Source of the DNA: a virus
Taxonomy: Duplodnaviria > Caudoviricetes
Virus record (IMG/VR): IMGVR_UViG_3300044699_000154
Location: 1 to 60,944 of that record
Reading direction: 5' to 3' (one strand)
Length of the DNA: 60,944 bases
Positions 9,214 through 20,107 of this stretch are shown piece by piece. Position 1 is the first letter of the stretch. Each line of letters starts with the position of its first letter. The position numbers and the translations under genes are program-made. The notes beneath the pieces are model-generated. The model worked only from the letters and a program-made list of their open reading frames with translations, searched no databases and was not told the origin of the DNA.

Positions 9214-12200
9214 CAGGGCCGGTCCACCTCGACCGCGGTGATCTCGACCTTGCGCAGCGGCGCGGACAGCCGGCCCGTCGAGGAGTGCAGGGTCACCCGC
9301 CGGTCCGGGCCGAGGCGGACGTACCACTGCAAGCCCATGTCCGACTGCAACAACAGTGCGTTCGGCGCCCGGCGCAGGGTCTCGAACGCGGTCCAGCCCG
9401 CGGCGGTCTTGAAAATCAGCGGAAGGCTGAACACCTCGCTCTTGACCACGTCGGAGACGACGACGGGGGTGCGCCGGCCGAGCGGGTAGTGGACCTCCTG
9501 CGGCTGCGGCGACGTCGACTCCAGGTTCCCGCCGACCTGGAGCCGCAGGTGCGAACCGGCCGTCAGGGGATCGGACAGCCAGAACCCGTCGGCCGCCAGG
9601 GTGGCGCTCCCGGTGGCCGAGGGCTGCGAGGACACCGCCGCGCCGTCGGTCGGGTCGAGGGCGTAGTCCAGCGCCGCCGTGGACGCCCGGTAGTCCCGCC
9701 CGGCGCCGGGCGCCTCGCGGTCGTACAGGGTCACCAGACGCGTCACCGGGTCGTAGAACGCCTCCTCGGTGCCGCGGACCGCCGTCCAGGTCACGCCGCC
9801 GTCGTCGGAGAACTCCACGAGCGCATAACCGCGCCCGTGCGGCCCGACCTGGAACGGCGACGGCGCGGAGGCGCCCCGCGTCAGCATCACCCGCGTGATC
9901 GCACCGGATCCCGACACCAGCGGGGTGGTGGCCAGGACGGCGTGCACCCTGGCCGTCCCGGGCGGGGCGAGCGCGGTGTGCGCGGCCTCCGCCCAGACGT
10001 TGGCCGCACTCGGCAGCACGTCCGAGCCGAACGACTCGGCGAGGGTGACGCCGTTCGCGTCGGTGAACCGCAGGCCCGGCCGCAGCAACGTCGTGTCGAC
10101 GGTGGCCCGGAACAGCAGTGCGCGCACGGCGTAGTCCAGGCCCTCCGCCGCCGGTTTCCCCGGGCTGGCCGCGGTGATGTAGCTGGGGATGCCGGACGAC
10201 CCCGACCAGTTGATTTTCAATGCCGCCTTCGTGACCGGCCCGGCGTAGACGTCCCTGTTGACCGCCACATCCGTGCCGCCGGTCCAGCCGGCCACACCCG
10301 CAGCCGAGTTCTCGAACGTCGACTCGTTCGCCCCCAACAGGTTGCGGCTCATCATGCCGCCGCGCGACCAGGGGCGGGACGAACCGGGGATCAATCCGAC
10401 CTCGTCCCAGACGAACTTCTCCCCGGCTCCGGTCGGGAAACCGACGAGTATGACGTTGGCGTCCACGGCGCCGGGCGGCACCGTGACGTTCCGCGTGTTC
10501 TCCAGCAGCGCGCCCGTGGTCAACGTCGTGAAAGGCGTTCCGAAGCTGCACGACGACAGGTCGTAGACCCACAGCTCGTCGAAGGTGTGCGTGCGCTGCA
10601 CCGCGTCGGCGCCGTTGTTGCCGGTGATCGAAACCTTGCCGGACGTCCAGGTCGAGTCCTCGCCGACCCAGTCCCACATCGTGGGCTCGGGGACGGTGAA
10701 GTTATCCCACGCCTTGACTGCGATCGTCGTCCCGTGGGCGCGGATCCGAATCCAGAACCCGTTGGAGGGGCAGGTCTTGGTGATGGTCGCCAATACGGGG
10801 GAGCCGCTTCCGCCCTCCCTGACCCGCACCTCGCCGGCCAGCGGCGCGACCTCGACGAAGTACCCCTGCGCCGGGTGGTGCTGCCGCGTCGCCTCGGCGG
10901 ACCAGGAGCCGTTTCCGCGCACTCCGACGACCGCGTACGACTCGGACGCGACGGTCCCGGGGATGTATTTCACCAGCACCTCGGAGTCGGCCATCGACGA
11001 CATGGCCGAGAAATACTGCCGGGCGGGAGTCGAAGAGGCGGCCGTTCCGGTTCTCAGCCGGCCCTGAGTCGCCTGAATGTCGGAGCTGGCGCCGGTGCCG
11101 TGGGAAGAGGTCCAGTCGGCGTCCCACGGGTCGCCGTTGTTTCCGGGCCACTGCTCGTCGGCGACCGACAGCATCAGCGGCGTGCCGTCGGACTTCCCGT
11201 ATTCGACGTCGACTCGGCAGCTGCGTGCCAGGTTCGACGCCTGCCAGGCCTTCGCCGTGACGGTGAGCGTCTCGCCGGGGGTGACGGGGCAGCCCCAGCC
11301 CATCCGCCCGCCGGAACGGGCGCGTGCCTGCCGGGCGGCGGTCGCGGTCATCTCGAGCAGCCAGGAGCCGGAGGAGCCGGACACCACCGGGTCCAGGTCT
11401 CCGGCCTCGAAGTTGTCGGCGCGGGATATCGAGTTCGCGTTGTACATCCCGGCCGCGACCCGGTCCCCGGTGGTCAGCTCGGTGTCGGTCCACGTGCCGA
11501 GGTGCTGCAACGCGCCTTCGTCTCCCATTTGCAGGTAGACGTTTATCTTGCTTCCCTTTATCTCCCCCGCGCAGCGTCGCCGGGAGGACGAGCGGCCGGG
11601 GGAGGTAGCGGAAACCGGAGACGACCTTCCCGGAACCGGCGACGATCTTCCAGACTGAGAAACGGTTGTTGAACTGGTTCAGCTCGACGATGTATCCGGT
11701 GTTCGCGCCGGAGGAGAAACGCAGGCCTATGTGGCAGCTGCGGTCCACCGTCGTCGACAGCGTCACGACCTGGATCTGCGCGTAGTGGTCCACCGAGGGA
11801 AGCGCCGTGTTTGTGGCGCATCGACGCGAGCGAGCCGGACGTGGACGAGGTGAGCTGCCCGCCCGTGATGGAGAGGGAGCCGGTGAGCGTCGTCCACGAG
11901 CCCAGCGTCCCCCCGAAAGCCTCGGTGATCGTCGTCGCGGTCCCGCTGGTGGACCCGACGTTGGCGAGCGCGGTGTTGTTGTCGGCGTGCCAGCCGTCGC
12001 CCTCGCCGCCGTCGGCGGCCATCCCCGCGGTCGCGTACGGGAGCAGGTTGTCCGTTGGGTGACGTCCAATCTGACGCGCCGGTTCGCGGACTCCGCGGTG
12101 ACCGTCAGCGTGGGCGTCGCCGGGAGTTCCCCGGACATGGTGAACTCGACGTAGGTCCACGGCCCGTACACGCCGGCCGTGCCCGTCCCGGCGATCCGGC

Positions 12201-12919
12201 CGTAAATCCGGTAGTCGCCGTCGGGCAGCAGTGCGCCGACCTGCGCCGAGCTGGCCGAGGAGAGGACGGTGCCGCTCTCCCAGAAGGCGGTGGAGATGTT
12301 CTCGTCGAAACCGGCGGCGGCGTACTGCGCCGACGTGAACACCTTCAGCTGGTATCTCTCCTGCCCGGCGGTGGCGGTCCACGATGCGATCGGCATCTGG
12401 GTGCCGGTTATGGTGCCGGAGGGGTCGGAGAATACGAGTGACGGCACCTCTGCGTAGGTGACGTCGACATAGACCTCGTGTACCCGTACGGCGGTGCCGA
12501 TTCCGCCGAGACCGACTTCGAGCCGTGGAACGACGACCGTGTTGTCCCACGGCACGCCACCCGGGGCGGCGGTCAGGGAACCGTACGTCTTCGTGGCCGC
12601 GCCGGGTGCGGGTTTCTCCTGGTAGACGAAGACGTGGCTGACGTAGTCCCCGGACTTCGGCTGGTAGCCGAGCGCGCAGTCGAACGTGGCCACGTCGTCG
12701 CCGAGGCGGCGGACGCGCAGCGCCACCGCCGTCACGACCGCCCCGGCGGGCAGGGACAGCGCGCCGAGGGTGAGCACCAGCAGGCCGTAGCCGGACGGCG
12801 GGGAGACGTAGGAGGCGTCGGAGTTGTCGTTGAGCGCGGCGTGCCGGCTGGCGGCGCCGGTGACGGTCCCAGCCGCCGGAGTAGCGGGTGCCGTCGGGGC
12901 GGAGGGTGACGGTGGGCAT
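9213..12919 (-). CDS. Large minor tail protein (distal-tail-like, with carbohydrate-binding inserts), split by several indels
   Basis: MPTVTLRPDG start overlaps the tape-measure stop. Beta-rich segments in ORFs 10702..12777 and 9213..11528. C-terminal PLGRRTPVVVSDV...LLLQSD motif. Confidence 0.75.
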
Positions 12920-15900
12920 CAGCGTCTCCCCACGCCCGCGCGGACCCGTTCGGCGACGCGGCCGAGGGCCTTGTCGACCTCGACGCGGACCACGCGCGCC
13001 GTGGCCGCCGCGTCGGCCCCGCCGCCGCTCACGGTCACGGTGGTGTTGAAGGTCAAATTGTTGACGATCGACATGCCGACGGGCACCCGAACGGCCGGGG
13101 ACACCGCACCGCCCGCGGCGTAGCCGACCGGGCCGCCGGTGGCGTAGCGGGGGACGATGTCGGCACGGCCGGCGTTGAGGGCGGCCATGCGCGCCTGACC
13201 CTGTGTCGCCACGGCCGACGCGCGGATCACCCATTCTCCGGCCGACGCCCAGATCGGCACGTCGTCGCTCGTCGGCCCACCCGGTCCTCGGACCGGCCCG
13301 CCGGTCGCCTGATTGATCCCCCCGCGACCTCCGGTGTAGCCGGCCGCACTCATCGCCTGCCTGCGCTCCGTGACGGTGAGCGTGGTGTACACGTTGCGCG
13401 GAATGCTGTTGATGGTTCCTATGTAGCGTTGAATGTTCACCTGCGCCCCGGCGAGACCGGGAGTCTGGAAATCGGTGGAGACGTCGGGCGGGATGAGACC
13501 CATGCGGGATATCAGGTCCCGTACCTCGCCCTCGGTGAAACCGGCGGCGATCGCGGCGGCGTAGAACTCGCCCTGGAGGCGGCCGAGGGTCCCGCTGTAG
13601 GCGGTGGCCGCCGCGCTCGCGTCATTCGTGGCCGCGTAGACCCGGCGGTACTCGTCGGAGGCGATGTCGTTCATCGAGTTCGCCAGGCCGAGGAGCATCA
13701 CGAGGTTCTGGTTCCCGGCGACCGTGTTCTGGTCGAGGGACGCGGTGTGCTGCCCGGCGGCGCCCGCGGCCAACGCCGTGCCGTCCCGGAGTTCCAGGAG
13801 TTTTATCCGCCATTCGGCGGCGGATGTCTCCGCGTTTATCATGACGCCGCTGAGGCGCTCGAACTGGTCGGTGTAGAGTTTCAGGGTCTTCTCCGCCGCG
13901 TCCATGTCGGCGGCCAGGGCGTTGCTGGCCCTTCGGAACTCCTCGGAGTTGAGTGCCGCGCCGCTCAGCTGCGGGACGAGCAGCGAGAACTGGCTGTGCA
14001 GCGTGCCGCCGGACGCCCCGAGGTCCCCGAGGGCCTGCGACAGGTCGAGCCCGGCGGCCACCGCCATTCTCTCCACGGCCGCCGTGGTCAATCCGAACTC
14101 GTTGGCCAACAGCGAAAGGTTGGCGCGGAAGTAATCCTCCTTCCGCGTGGCCTCCTCCTGCGCCGCGGTGACCCGCCGCACCGCCTCCTCGTTCTTCTTC
14201 ATCTCCGAGCCGGTCCGCTCCCAGAACTGGAGGCGCTGCTGGATCGAGCCGACGTAGTCCTCGTACTTCGCCTTAGCCGCCTCCACCTCGGCGCGCATCG
14301 CCGCGAGATCCTCGCGGGCCTTCCGGAACGACGCCGAGGTGGCCGGGGGGATCGCCTTGAATATCTCGTCGATGCGCAGGTCGACGGCCTTGAGCTCCTC
14401 GGCGGCACGCCGGGTCCGGTTGATCTCGTTGGTGACCACGAGGAGCCCCGCGGCGATCGCCGCGATCGGCGCCGAGAACATGAGCAGGCCGCGGAGGATC
14501 GAGCCGCCGCCGAGCACCCCGAAACCGATCAGCAGCCGCCCCAGGGCGGCCAGGGCCGCGTTCATCCCGGTGACCAGGCTCGCCCCGAACGCCACGGCCA
14601 GGGCGCGTATCCCGGCGACGACCGCCCCGACGTTGAACGCCAGCCAGGCGGCCACCAGGGTGTGCACGATCACCGTGTGGTCCGCCAGGAAACCGGTGGT
14701 CGCGGACACCGCCGCCGCGAGCGCGTTGAAACCGGCCACCACGGCGCCGATGCCGATCTTCGCGGCGAGGCCTATCAGGACGTCGAGGTTCAGGTCGCCG
14801 AGCATGTCGACGACGTCGCGGCCCGCGTCCACCAGTTTCCGGAAACCGGGCGCGAGCGCCTGCCCGACCTCGGTCGCGACACTCTTCACCTTGCCGCCGA
14901 ACTCGGTGAGCTCGCTCACCGCGCCGGTCACGTAAGGCAGGAACTTCGTCCCCAGCTCGATGCCGGTCGACACGATCTGGTTTCTCAACACGGCGAGGCG
15001 TTCCTTCGCCGACTTGGACACCTCGCCGTAGGCGTCCATCGCGGAACCGGCGGCCAGGGTGGCGGTGCCCATCTGGCCGACGACCTCTTCGTAAATCCTG
15101 CCGTCCGCGGCCCACAGCGCCAGCGCCCCGCGCGCCGCACGGATCTCGGGCAGCCACTGCTTGATGACGGCCACGTTCCCGCCGGAGGCGACGCGGAGCT
15201 TCTCCATGACGCCGTGCAGGCCTATCGCCGGGTTGGCGAGATCCTGTTGGATGTTGATTCCGAGCTGTTGGAAGACCTTTCCGAGCGACTTGGACGGGTT
15301 GATCAGCTTGGCGATGAGGTTGTTGAGCGACACGCCCGCCTCGGACGCGGATATGCCGCTGCGGGTCATCGTGGCGAGCGCGGACCCGACTTCCTCTATC
15401 GATATCCCGGCCTGCGCGGCGGTGCCCACCACGTGCGCCATCGCACCGGTCAACGCCTCATAGGAGATGACGCCGTAGTTCACCGTGGCGAAAAGCGCGT
15501 CGGACGCCCGTTCGGCCTGGTTCGCGCCCATCCCGTAGGCGTTCAGGATGGCGACCACCGCGCCGGAGGAGGTCGCCGTGTCCGTCATCCCCGCGGACGC
15601 CCCCATGGCGCTGACTTCCAATATGTGCATGGCGTCGGCGCCGTAGAAACCGGACCCGGCCACGTCGTAGAGGCCGGCGGCGAGCGTTCCAGCGGACTGA
15701 GACATGTGCTTGGACATGTCCAGGACGGCCTGTGACGTCTCGGAGAAGTTGTCGCGGACGTTCTTGTCGATCGAGGAGACGGCGCGCATCTTCGCCTCGA
15801 AGTCGATCGCGGCGGCGATCGAGGCGATCAGGCCGGCGGCCAGCAGGGCACCGCCTGCGGCGGCGGCCTGCATCCCCAGCTGCAACCTCCGGGCGTGCTG

Positions 15901-16329
15901 CGCGGCCCGTTCGGCCTCGGCGCCGAGCCGTTCGGCCTCGGCCGCCGCACGCCGGGCCTGCGCGCCCAGCCTGCCGGCCTCCTCGGCCGCGCCCGCCGCC
16001 TGCTCCCGCAGCCGGGCCGCGCGACCGGCGGCGGCGTCGGCCTGCCGGCCGAGCCGCGCGGCCTCCTCCCCGCCGGTCGCGGCCTCCCGCCGGAGCCGTG
16101 TGGCGGCGGCGGCGGCGGCGTCGGCCTGCGCGCCGAGGCGCGTCACCTTGGCGGCGGCGTGCTCCGCCTGGCTCCCGAGCCTGTTGGCCTGGGTCGCCGC
16201 GGCCTGGGCCTGCGCTCCGAGCCTGTTGGCTCTGGCGCCGAATGCGCCGAGCTGTGCGGCGCCCTGTGCCAGTGCGGCGGTGAGCGGGGACACCTGGCCG
16301 GTGAGGATGACGCTGACGATGTTCGGCAC
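12919..16329 (-). CDS. Tape measure protein
   Basis: 1136 aa, Ala-rich, TP901-like core (FEAKMRAV...LYDVAGSG...TVNYG), C-terminal GGPVRGPGGPTSDDVPIWASAGEWV. Confidence 0.95.
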   Translation of the reverse strand: MPNIVSVILTGQVSPLTAALAQGAAQLGAFGARANRLGAQAQAAATQANRLGSQAEHAAAKVTRLGAQADAAAAAATRLRREAATGGEEAARLGRQADAAAGRAARLREQAAGAAEEAGRLGAQARRAAAEAERLGAEAERAAQHARRLQLGMQAAAAGGALLAAGLIASIAAAIDFEAKMRAVSSIDKNVRDNFSETSQAVLDMSKHMSQSAGTLAAGLYDVAGSGFYGADAMHILEVSAMGASAGMTDTATSSGAVVAILNAYGMGANQAERASDALFATVNYGVISYEALTGAMAHVVGTAAQAGISIEEVGSALATMTRSGISASEAGVSLNNLIAKLINPSKSLGKVFQQLGINIQQDLANPAIGLHGVMEKLRVASGGNVAVIKQWLPEIRAARGALALWAADGRIYEEVVGQMGTATLAAGSAMDAYGEVSKSAKERLAVLRNQIVSTGIELGTKFLPYVTGAVSELTEFGGKVKSVATEVGQALAPGFRKLVDAGRDVVDMLGDLNLDVLIGLAAKIGIGAVVAGFNALAAAVSATTGFLADHTVIVHTLVAAWLAFNVGAVVAGIRALAVAFGASLVTGMNAALAALGRLLIGFGVLGGGSILRGLLMFSAPIAAIAAGLLVVTNEINRTRRAAEELKAVDLRIDEIFKAIPPATSASFRKAREDLAAMRAEVEAAKAKYEDYVGSIQQRLQFWERTGSEMKKNEEAVRRVTAAQEEATRKEDYFRANLSLLANEFGLTTAAVERMAVAAGLDLSQALGDLGASGGTLHSQFSLLVPQLSGAALNSEEFRRASNALAADMDAAEKTLKLYTDQFERLSGVMINAETSAAEWRIKLLELRDGTALAAGAAGQHTASLDQNTVAGNQNLVMLLGLANSMNDIASDEYRRVYAATNDASAAATAYSGTLGRLQGEFYAAAIAAGFTEGEVRDLISRMGLIPPDVSTDFQTPGLAGAQVNIQRYIGTINSIPRNVYTTLTVTERRQAMSAAGYTGGRGGINQATGGPVRGPGGPTSDDVPIWASAGEWVIRASAVATQGQARMAALNAGRADIVPRYATGGPVGYAAGGAVSPAVRVPVGMSIVNNLTFNTTVTVSGGGADAAATARVVRVEVDKALGRVAERVRAGVGRR

Positions 16330-16332
16330 GGC

Positions 16333-17279
16333 TCACCCACCCGCCGTGGCCGCGCGCCGGGCGATCCGCTCGGCCCGTTCGGCCGCACGGCGTTCGGCCT
16401 CACGCCGGGGGACGAGCGCGACGTACTGGCCGGACGTCTCGATCTCGGCGTCGCGGAGCTCGCGTTCGAGGTCGCCGCGGACCTGGCAGCCGGGGCAGAC
16501 GTGGACGTCGGCGGCGTAGGCGTGCCGGTCGCCCCCGGCGTCGGGTTCCCACTCCTCGGCCCGGGTGCCGCAGCCCGGGCAGGTCGAGTCCCGGTAGGCG
16601 GCGTAGGCCAGCGCCCACGCCCGGTCCTGCTCGCTCCACCGCAGGAACTGCGAGAGGGGTTTCCCCCACTCGTGGCAGAGGGCTAACTCGCGGCGGATCT
16701 GCGGGTCCGCCGCGATGATTTTCCCAGTTCCAACACCCTCGCCGCGGTGTGCACCCGGACCGCGGAACCGCAGAGGAGATCGATCTCCTGGTCTGTGATC
16801 TGCCCGCCCGCGAGCCATCTGCGCAGGTCGTCCGCGGTGACCCCGGCGGGTTCCACCACGGCGAGTTCGATCACGGCGTAGGGGAACGTCTCCGAGTTCC
16901 ACGTGGCGACCGCGTTCGGGTTCCCCAGGGCCTGGCGGACCCGGGCGTGGTCCTCCTCCGTCGGCCTGTGCTCGGGGAGCTTGAGGAGCGTCTCGTAGAC
17001 GGTGTTGCCCTTGCTCCGGAGCAGCCAGCGGACCGCGCCGGACGCCTCCAGCTCGGCGCGGGCCTCGTCGAGGCGGGCCTCCGCATCACCCCTGGCCGCC
17101 TCGTCGCGACCGAGGCGGGCCATGCGGGTCTCGACCTTGAGGTCCTCGTAGGCCGCGGCGAGCTCGTCGTCGGTGGTCAGCCAGTGCTCGGCCTCTGCGG
17201 GCCGCCGCTTGTTCATGCGGTTGAGCGAGTCGACGTCGCCCGCCTGCGCGGCGCGCTCCCGCGCCACCACGTTGCCCAT
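16333..17279 (-). CDS. Tail assembly chaperones G (16683..17279) and GT (extended to 16333 by -1 frameshift)
   Basis: Between tail tube and tape measure. Slippery GGGAAAA; the -1 frame gives GKIIAADPQIRRELALCHEWG...CPGCG. Confidence 0.85.
16719..16725 (-). other. Programmed -1 ribosomal frameshift site G GGA AAA
   Basis: CTG GGA AAA TCA (LGKS) versus GGG AAA ATC (GKI); XXXYYYZ heptamer at the expected position. Confidence 0.85.
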
Positions 17280-17758
17280 CAGATCGTCACGCCGCTCGGG
17301 AACGCGGCGTCCAGGTTGGGCCGCGTGGCGACGCTGTAGTCGACGAGGAATTTAGCCGCGGTCGGGTCGGTCTTGTACTCGTCGTTCGGTCCGAGCGAGA
17401 CGACCTGCCAGACGCGGCACTTGGTGCCGCCGACGCGGGCATACGGGTTGATCACCATGTAGCCGGCGGTGTTGATGGCGAACGCGTTCCACAGCGCCAT
17501 GGAGGCGGTGTCGTCGTAGAAGGTCAGTCCACTCGCTTCCGCGGTGTCCTCGCCGCCGATGGTGCTCACGAAGCTGGATGCGAGGTCCGGCGTCTCGATG
17601 GGCTTGTTCTTGTACATGAAACCGCCGACGTCGGCGATGCGCCCGGCGAGCGCGATCCCCGCGTTGATCTCGGCTGCGGTCGGCGCGGCGGTGTTGGCGA
17701 TCGCGGTCAGCCAGTACCAGCGGGTCTGGCCGTCGGTGCGGCGGAAGTAGCGGGCCAT
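17279..17758 (-). CDS. Major tail (tube) protein
   Basis: WLTAIANTAAPTAAEINAG...IETPDLASSFVSTIGG typical of actinophage tail tubes; position fits. Confidence 0.85.
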   Translation of the reverse strand: MARYFRRTDGQTRWYWLTAIANTAAPTAAEINAGIALAGRIADVGGFMYKNKPIETPDLASSFVSTIGGEDTAEASGLTFYDDTASMALWNAFAINTAGYMVINPYARVGGTKCRVWQVVSLGPNDEYKTDPTAAKFLVDYSVATRPNLDAAFPSGVTI

Positions 17759-17761
17759 TTC

Positions 17762-18049
17762 TCAGGCCTCCTTCGTCCGGTGGGCTCCACGGCGGGGGGT
17801 CGCCGCCGGCTCGGGAGGCGGCTCGGGTTCCGTCGCCGCGGCGCGCTTGTCGGCGACGAGCCGGGCCACGTATTCGACGGGCAGCGCGGCCGGGTCGACG
17901 ACCGCGCCGCCCAGCGCGGCGGACGCCTCGTCGAGGTCCACGTCGACGGGCGTCCAGCCCTTCGGCCCCCACACCTCGTCGTAGGCCGCCTGCGGGACCA
18001 GTCCGGGGACGGCCACGTCGGGGTGCGACACCCACAGGAAGCCGGCCAT
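17762..18049 (-). CDS. Hypothetical virion-region protein
   Basis: MAGFLWVSHPDV...VWGPKGW; start overlaps the upstream stop. Confidence 0.55.
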   Translation of the reverse strand: MAGFLWVSHPDVAVPGLVPQAAYDEVWGPKGWTPVDVDLDEASAALGGAVVDPAALPVEYVARLVADKRAAATEPEPPPEPAATPRRGAHRTKEA

Positions 18050-18378
18050 CAGACGCGGACCGCGGCGACGGTGACGTTGGTGGCGGCGGTGTAGGTGATC
18101 GACGCCACGCCGGTGGTGGGGTCGTTGAAACGGTCGGCGAGCGGGATCATCACGTCGCCCGTGGTCGCCGGGATGGTGATCGGCCCGCGGCTGTGGGTGC
18201 TCCCCTGGGAGCACAGGCCCACGCCGGTGATGGTCACGTCGCGGGTGGCGGCGTTGGTGTTCTTGAAATGGAGGAACGTCCGGTCGTCGGCTTTGACGGT
18301 GTCGCCGCCGGCGTTGGCCGCCGCGTAGGTGGGCTGCAACCCGGTCGCGGAGATCTGTTGGACGGTCAACAGCGCCAT
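18049..18378 (-). CDS. Conserved small virion protein
   Basis: MALLTVQQISATGLQPTYAAANAGGD...; GGAGG RBS; beta-rich family often seen before tail-tube genes. Confidence 0.7.
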   Translation of the reverse strand: MALLTVQQISATGLQPTYAAANAGGDTVKADDRTFLHFKNTNAATRDVTITGVGLCSQGSTHSRGPITIPATTGDVMIPLADRFNDPTTGVASITYTAATNVTVAAVRV

Positions 18379-18548
18379 GGGGCCTCCGCGGTTCGCGCTC
18401 GTCTGGTGCTCGGGTGGTGCGCGCGACGGCCGCGGAGTCGCCGTCGATCAGCATGTTACGCCGGTGGTTATGTTGGTGGTGCGCTCTCCCTCGGATGCTG
18501 CGGAGCTCCGAGGGCGGGCGTTTAACTTTGCATCGGTATACTGGCGTG

Positions 18549-18944
18549 GTGATTCGGAACACCATCAGTTTTACAGAGAAGACCTACGATCGGATTCGCG
18601 CTGCGGCAGAGGCGGACCGCCGATCGATCGGGTCTGAGGTCGTCGTGCTCGCCGAAGAAGCGCTCGACGAGAGAGAAATCGTCGCGATCTGCACCGATTA
18701 CGGGACGCGCAGACGGGACGGGAATGCGGTGCGGCTGGCGTTGGTGGAACAGGCCCTCCGAGATCTGCTCGCCGCGGTCGCGCCACTGGTCGACGACGAC
18801 ATCATCCAGCCTCACCACGACATGTTCAGGATCATCGACGAGGACACGCCCATGGCGGACGGGACCTACCCGGACGGGGAGAAGCTGCACGCGAGGCTGG
18901 CCGAGGCGTACCGGCGGGCGAGAGAGGCGACGGGAGAGGTGTAA
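18549..18944 (+). CDS. Arc/ribbon-helix-helix DNA-binding protein (moron-like)
   Basis: NTISFTEKTYDRIRAAAEADRRSIGSEVVVLAEEAL is an Arc-like RHH. TATACT -10 (18537-18542) lies 6 nt before GTG. Confidence 0.75.
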   Translation: MIRNTISFTEKTYDRIRAAAEADRRSIGSEVVVLAEEALDEREIVAICTDYGTRRRDGNAVRLALVEQALRDLLAAVAPLVDDDIIQPHHDMFRIIDEDTPMADGTYPDGEKLHARLAEAYRRAREATGEV

Positions 18945-19177
18945 TGCAGCCACCAGCCTATTCGGGGGAATGTTGTTGCCCTAGCAGTAGTCACATATAC
19001 CGGTTCCTACCCATCCCGGAGACGCCGGCCGAACAGGAGATGATCAGCGCCTACGGTGAAGCCGCCGAATGGTGGTGGACGTCCGAAGAGATAGCGGAGG
19101 CGGCCAGGCGCCTCATGGCCGGGGTGACGGCCGAAAACTGGACGTGGGTAAATGATGCCCCGAACCGCAATTCGTGA
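18944..19177 (+). CDS. Hypothetical protein
   Basis: TAATG overlap with the Arc-like gene; 77 aa. Confidence 0.5.
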   Translation: MQPPAYSGECCCPSSSHIYRFLPIPETPAEQEMISAYGEAAEWWWTSEEIAEAARRLMAGVTAENWTWVNDAPNRNS

Positions 19178-19178
19178 A

Positions 19179-19619
19179 CTAGTCCGGTGTCCAGTCCAGC
19201 TCGTACTCCGTCCGGTCTACGAAGATCTCTCGCCCCGGTTGACCTTCCACCGACACCCCGAGCATCTGCGCCGTCCGCCGCGACGAACACCGCCACCCCG
19301 CCACGGTGACCGCATACAGCCACCCGCCCGCACCGTCCGAGGACACCACCCGCGCCCGCGCCCGGTCCCCCAGCGCCTGCGCCTGGTCCTGCCTGCGGCC
19401 CACGCAGTCCAGGCAGAACCGGGTGCACACGTCCGCCCCGTCACCGGTCAGCGGAGGCCCGTCCGGCGACGGGGCGCCCAGGTATCGGACCCGCACGAAC
19501 GTCTCCGGCACGTCCCTCGTCGGCGGGCGGGAGAACACCGCCGTGCCGCCCATGTTCGCCGTGAGCATGGAGGCGAGCGCGGACGTGACGAGCTGCGTCG
19601 GCAGGACGGGCGTGGTCAC
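19179..19619 (-). CDS. Tail terminator-like protein
   Basis: Position after neck gene; FCLDCVGRRQDQAQALGDRAR. Confidence 0.7.
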   Translation of the reverse strand: MTTPVLPTQLVTSALASMLTANMGGTAVFSRPPTRDVPETFVRVRYLGAPSPDGPPLTGDGADVCTRFCLDCVGRRQDQAQALGDRARARVVSSDGAGGWLYAVTVAGWRCSSRRTAQMLGVSVEGQPGREIFVDRTEYELDWTPD

Positions 19620-20107
19620 CTGCCGAACACCCGGCCGAACGCACGGCGGAGGAGGCCGCCGCGACCGCCCCCGCCGGCGGGGGCGCCCCTGTTCGCCATC
19701 GCCGTCACCCGCGCGGCGAGAGCGTGCTGTGCGGCGACGTAGTGCGGTCCCTGCTCGTCCAGCGCCGGCTGGAAGTGCGGCAACGGCTCCTGGAAGAACA
19801 GCCGGCCGAGCGAGTCCCGCATGTTGTAGAACCCGTGTTCGAGCCGTGCGGCCTGCGGGGCCTCCGAGTAGACGAACGCCTCGGCCCCACCCGGCGACGA
19901 CATGATCCGGTAGTCGACGCTCGCGATGTACCGCCCGGTGATGACGTTCGGTCCGGGCCTGCCGGTGGCCCTGCCGCGGACCGCCGCCGCCAGTCGGGCA
20001 CCGTACTCGTGGGCAAGCTCGAGTTGCGCCTGCTGCGCGTAGGCGCCTGCGGCCATGAACGCCGCCGCCGTCTCCTCCACCCCCTCGATCTTGACCGCCC
20101 AGACCAT
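19616..20107 (-). CDS. HK97 gp10-like neck/tail-completion protein
   Basis: GRPGPNVITGRYIASV...PQAARLEHGF...DSLGR...PLPHFQPAL. Confidence 0.8.
   Translation of the reverse strand: MVWAVKIEGVEETAAAFMAAGAYAQQAQLELAHEYGARLAAAVRGRATGRPGPNVITGRYIASVDYRIMSSPGGAEAFVYSEAPQAARLEHGFYNMRDSLGRLFFQEPLPHFQPALDEQGPHYVAAQHALAARVTAMANRGAPAGGGGRGGLLRRAFGRVFGR

Noticed and set aside
4251-16519. Long plus-strand ORFs (e.g. 4666..7218, 9285..11672, 13429..15735)
   Set aside because: Antisense shadows of real minus-strand genes; stop codons are rare at this GC content and the translations lack recognisable motifs.
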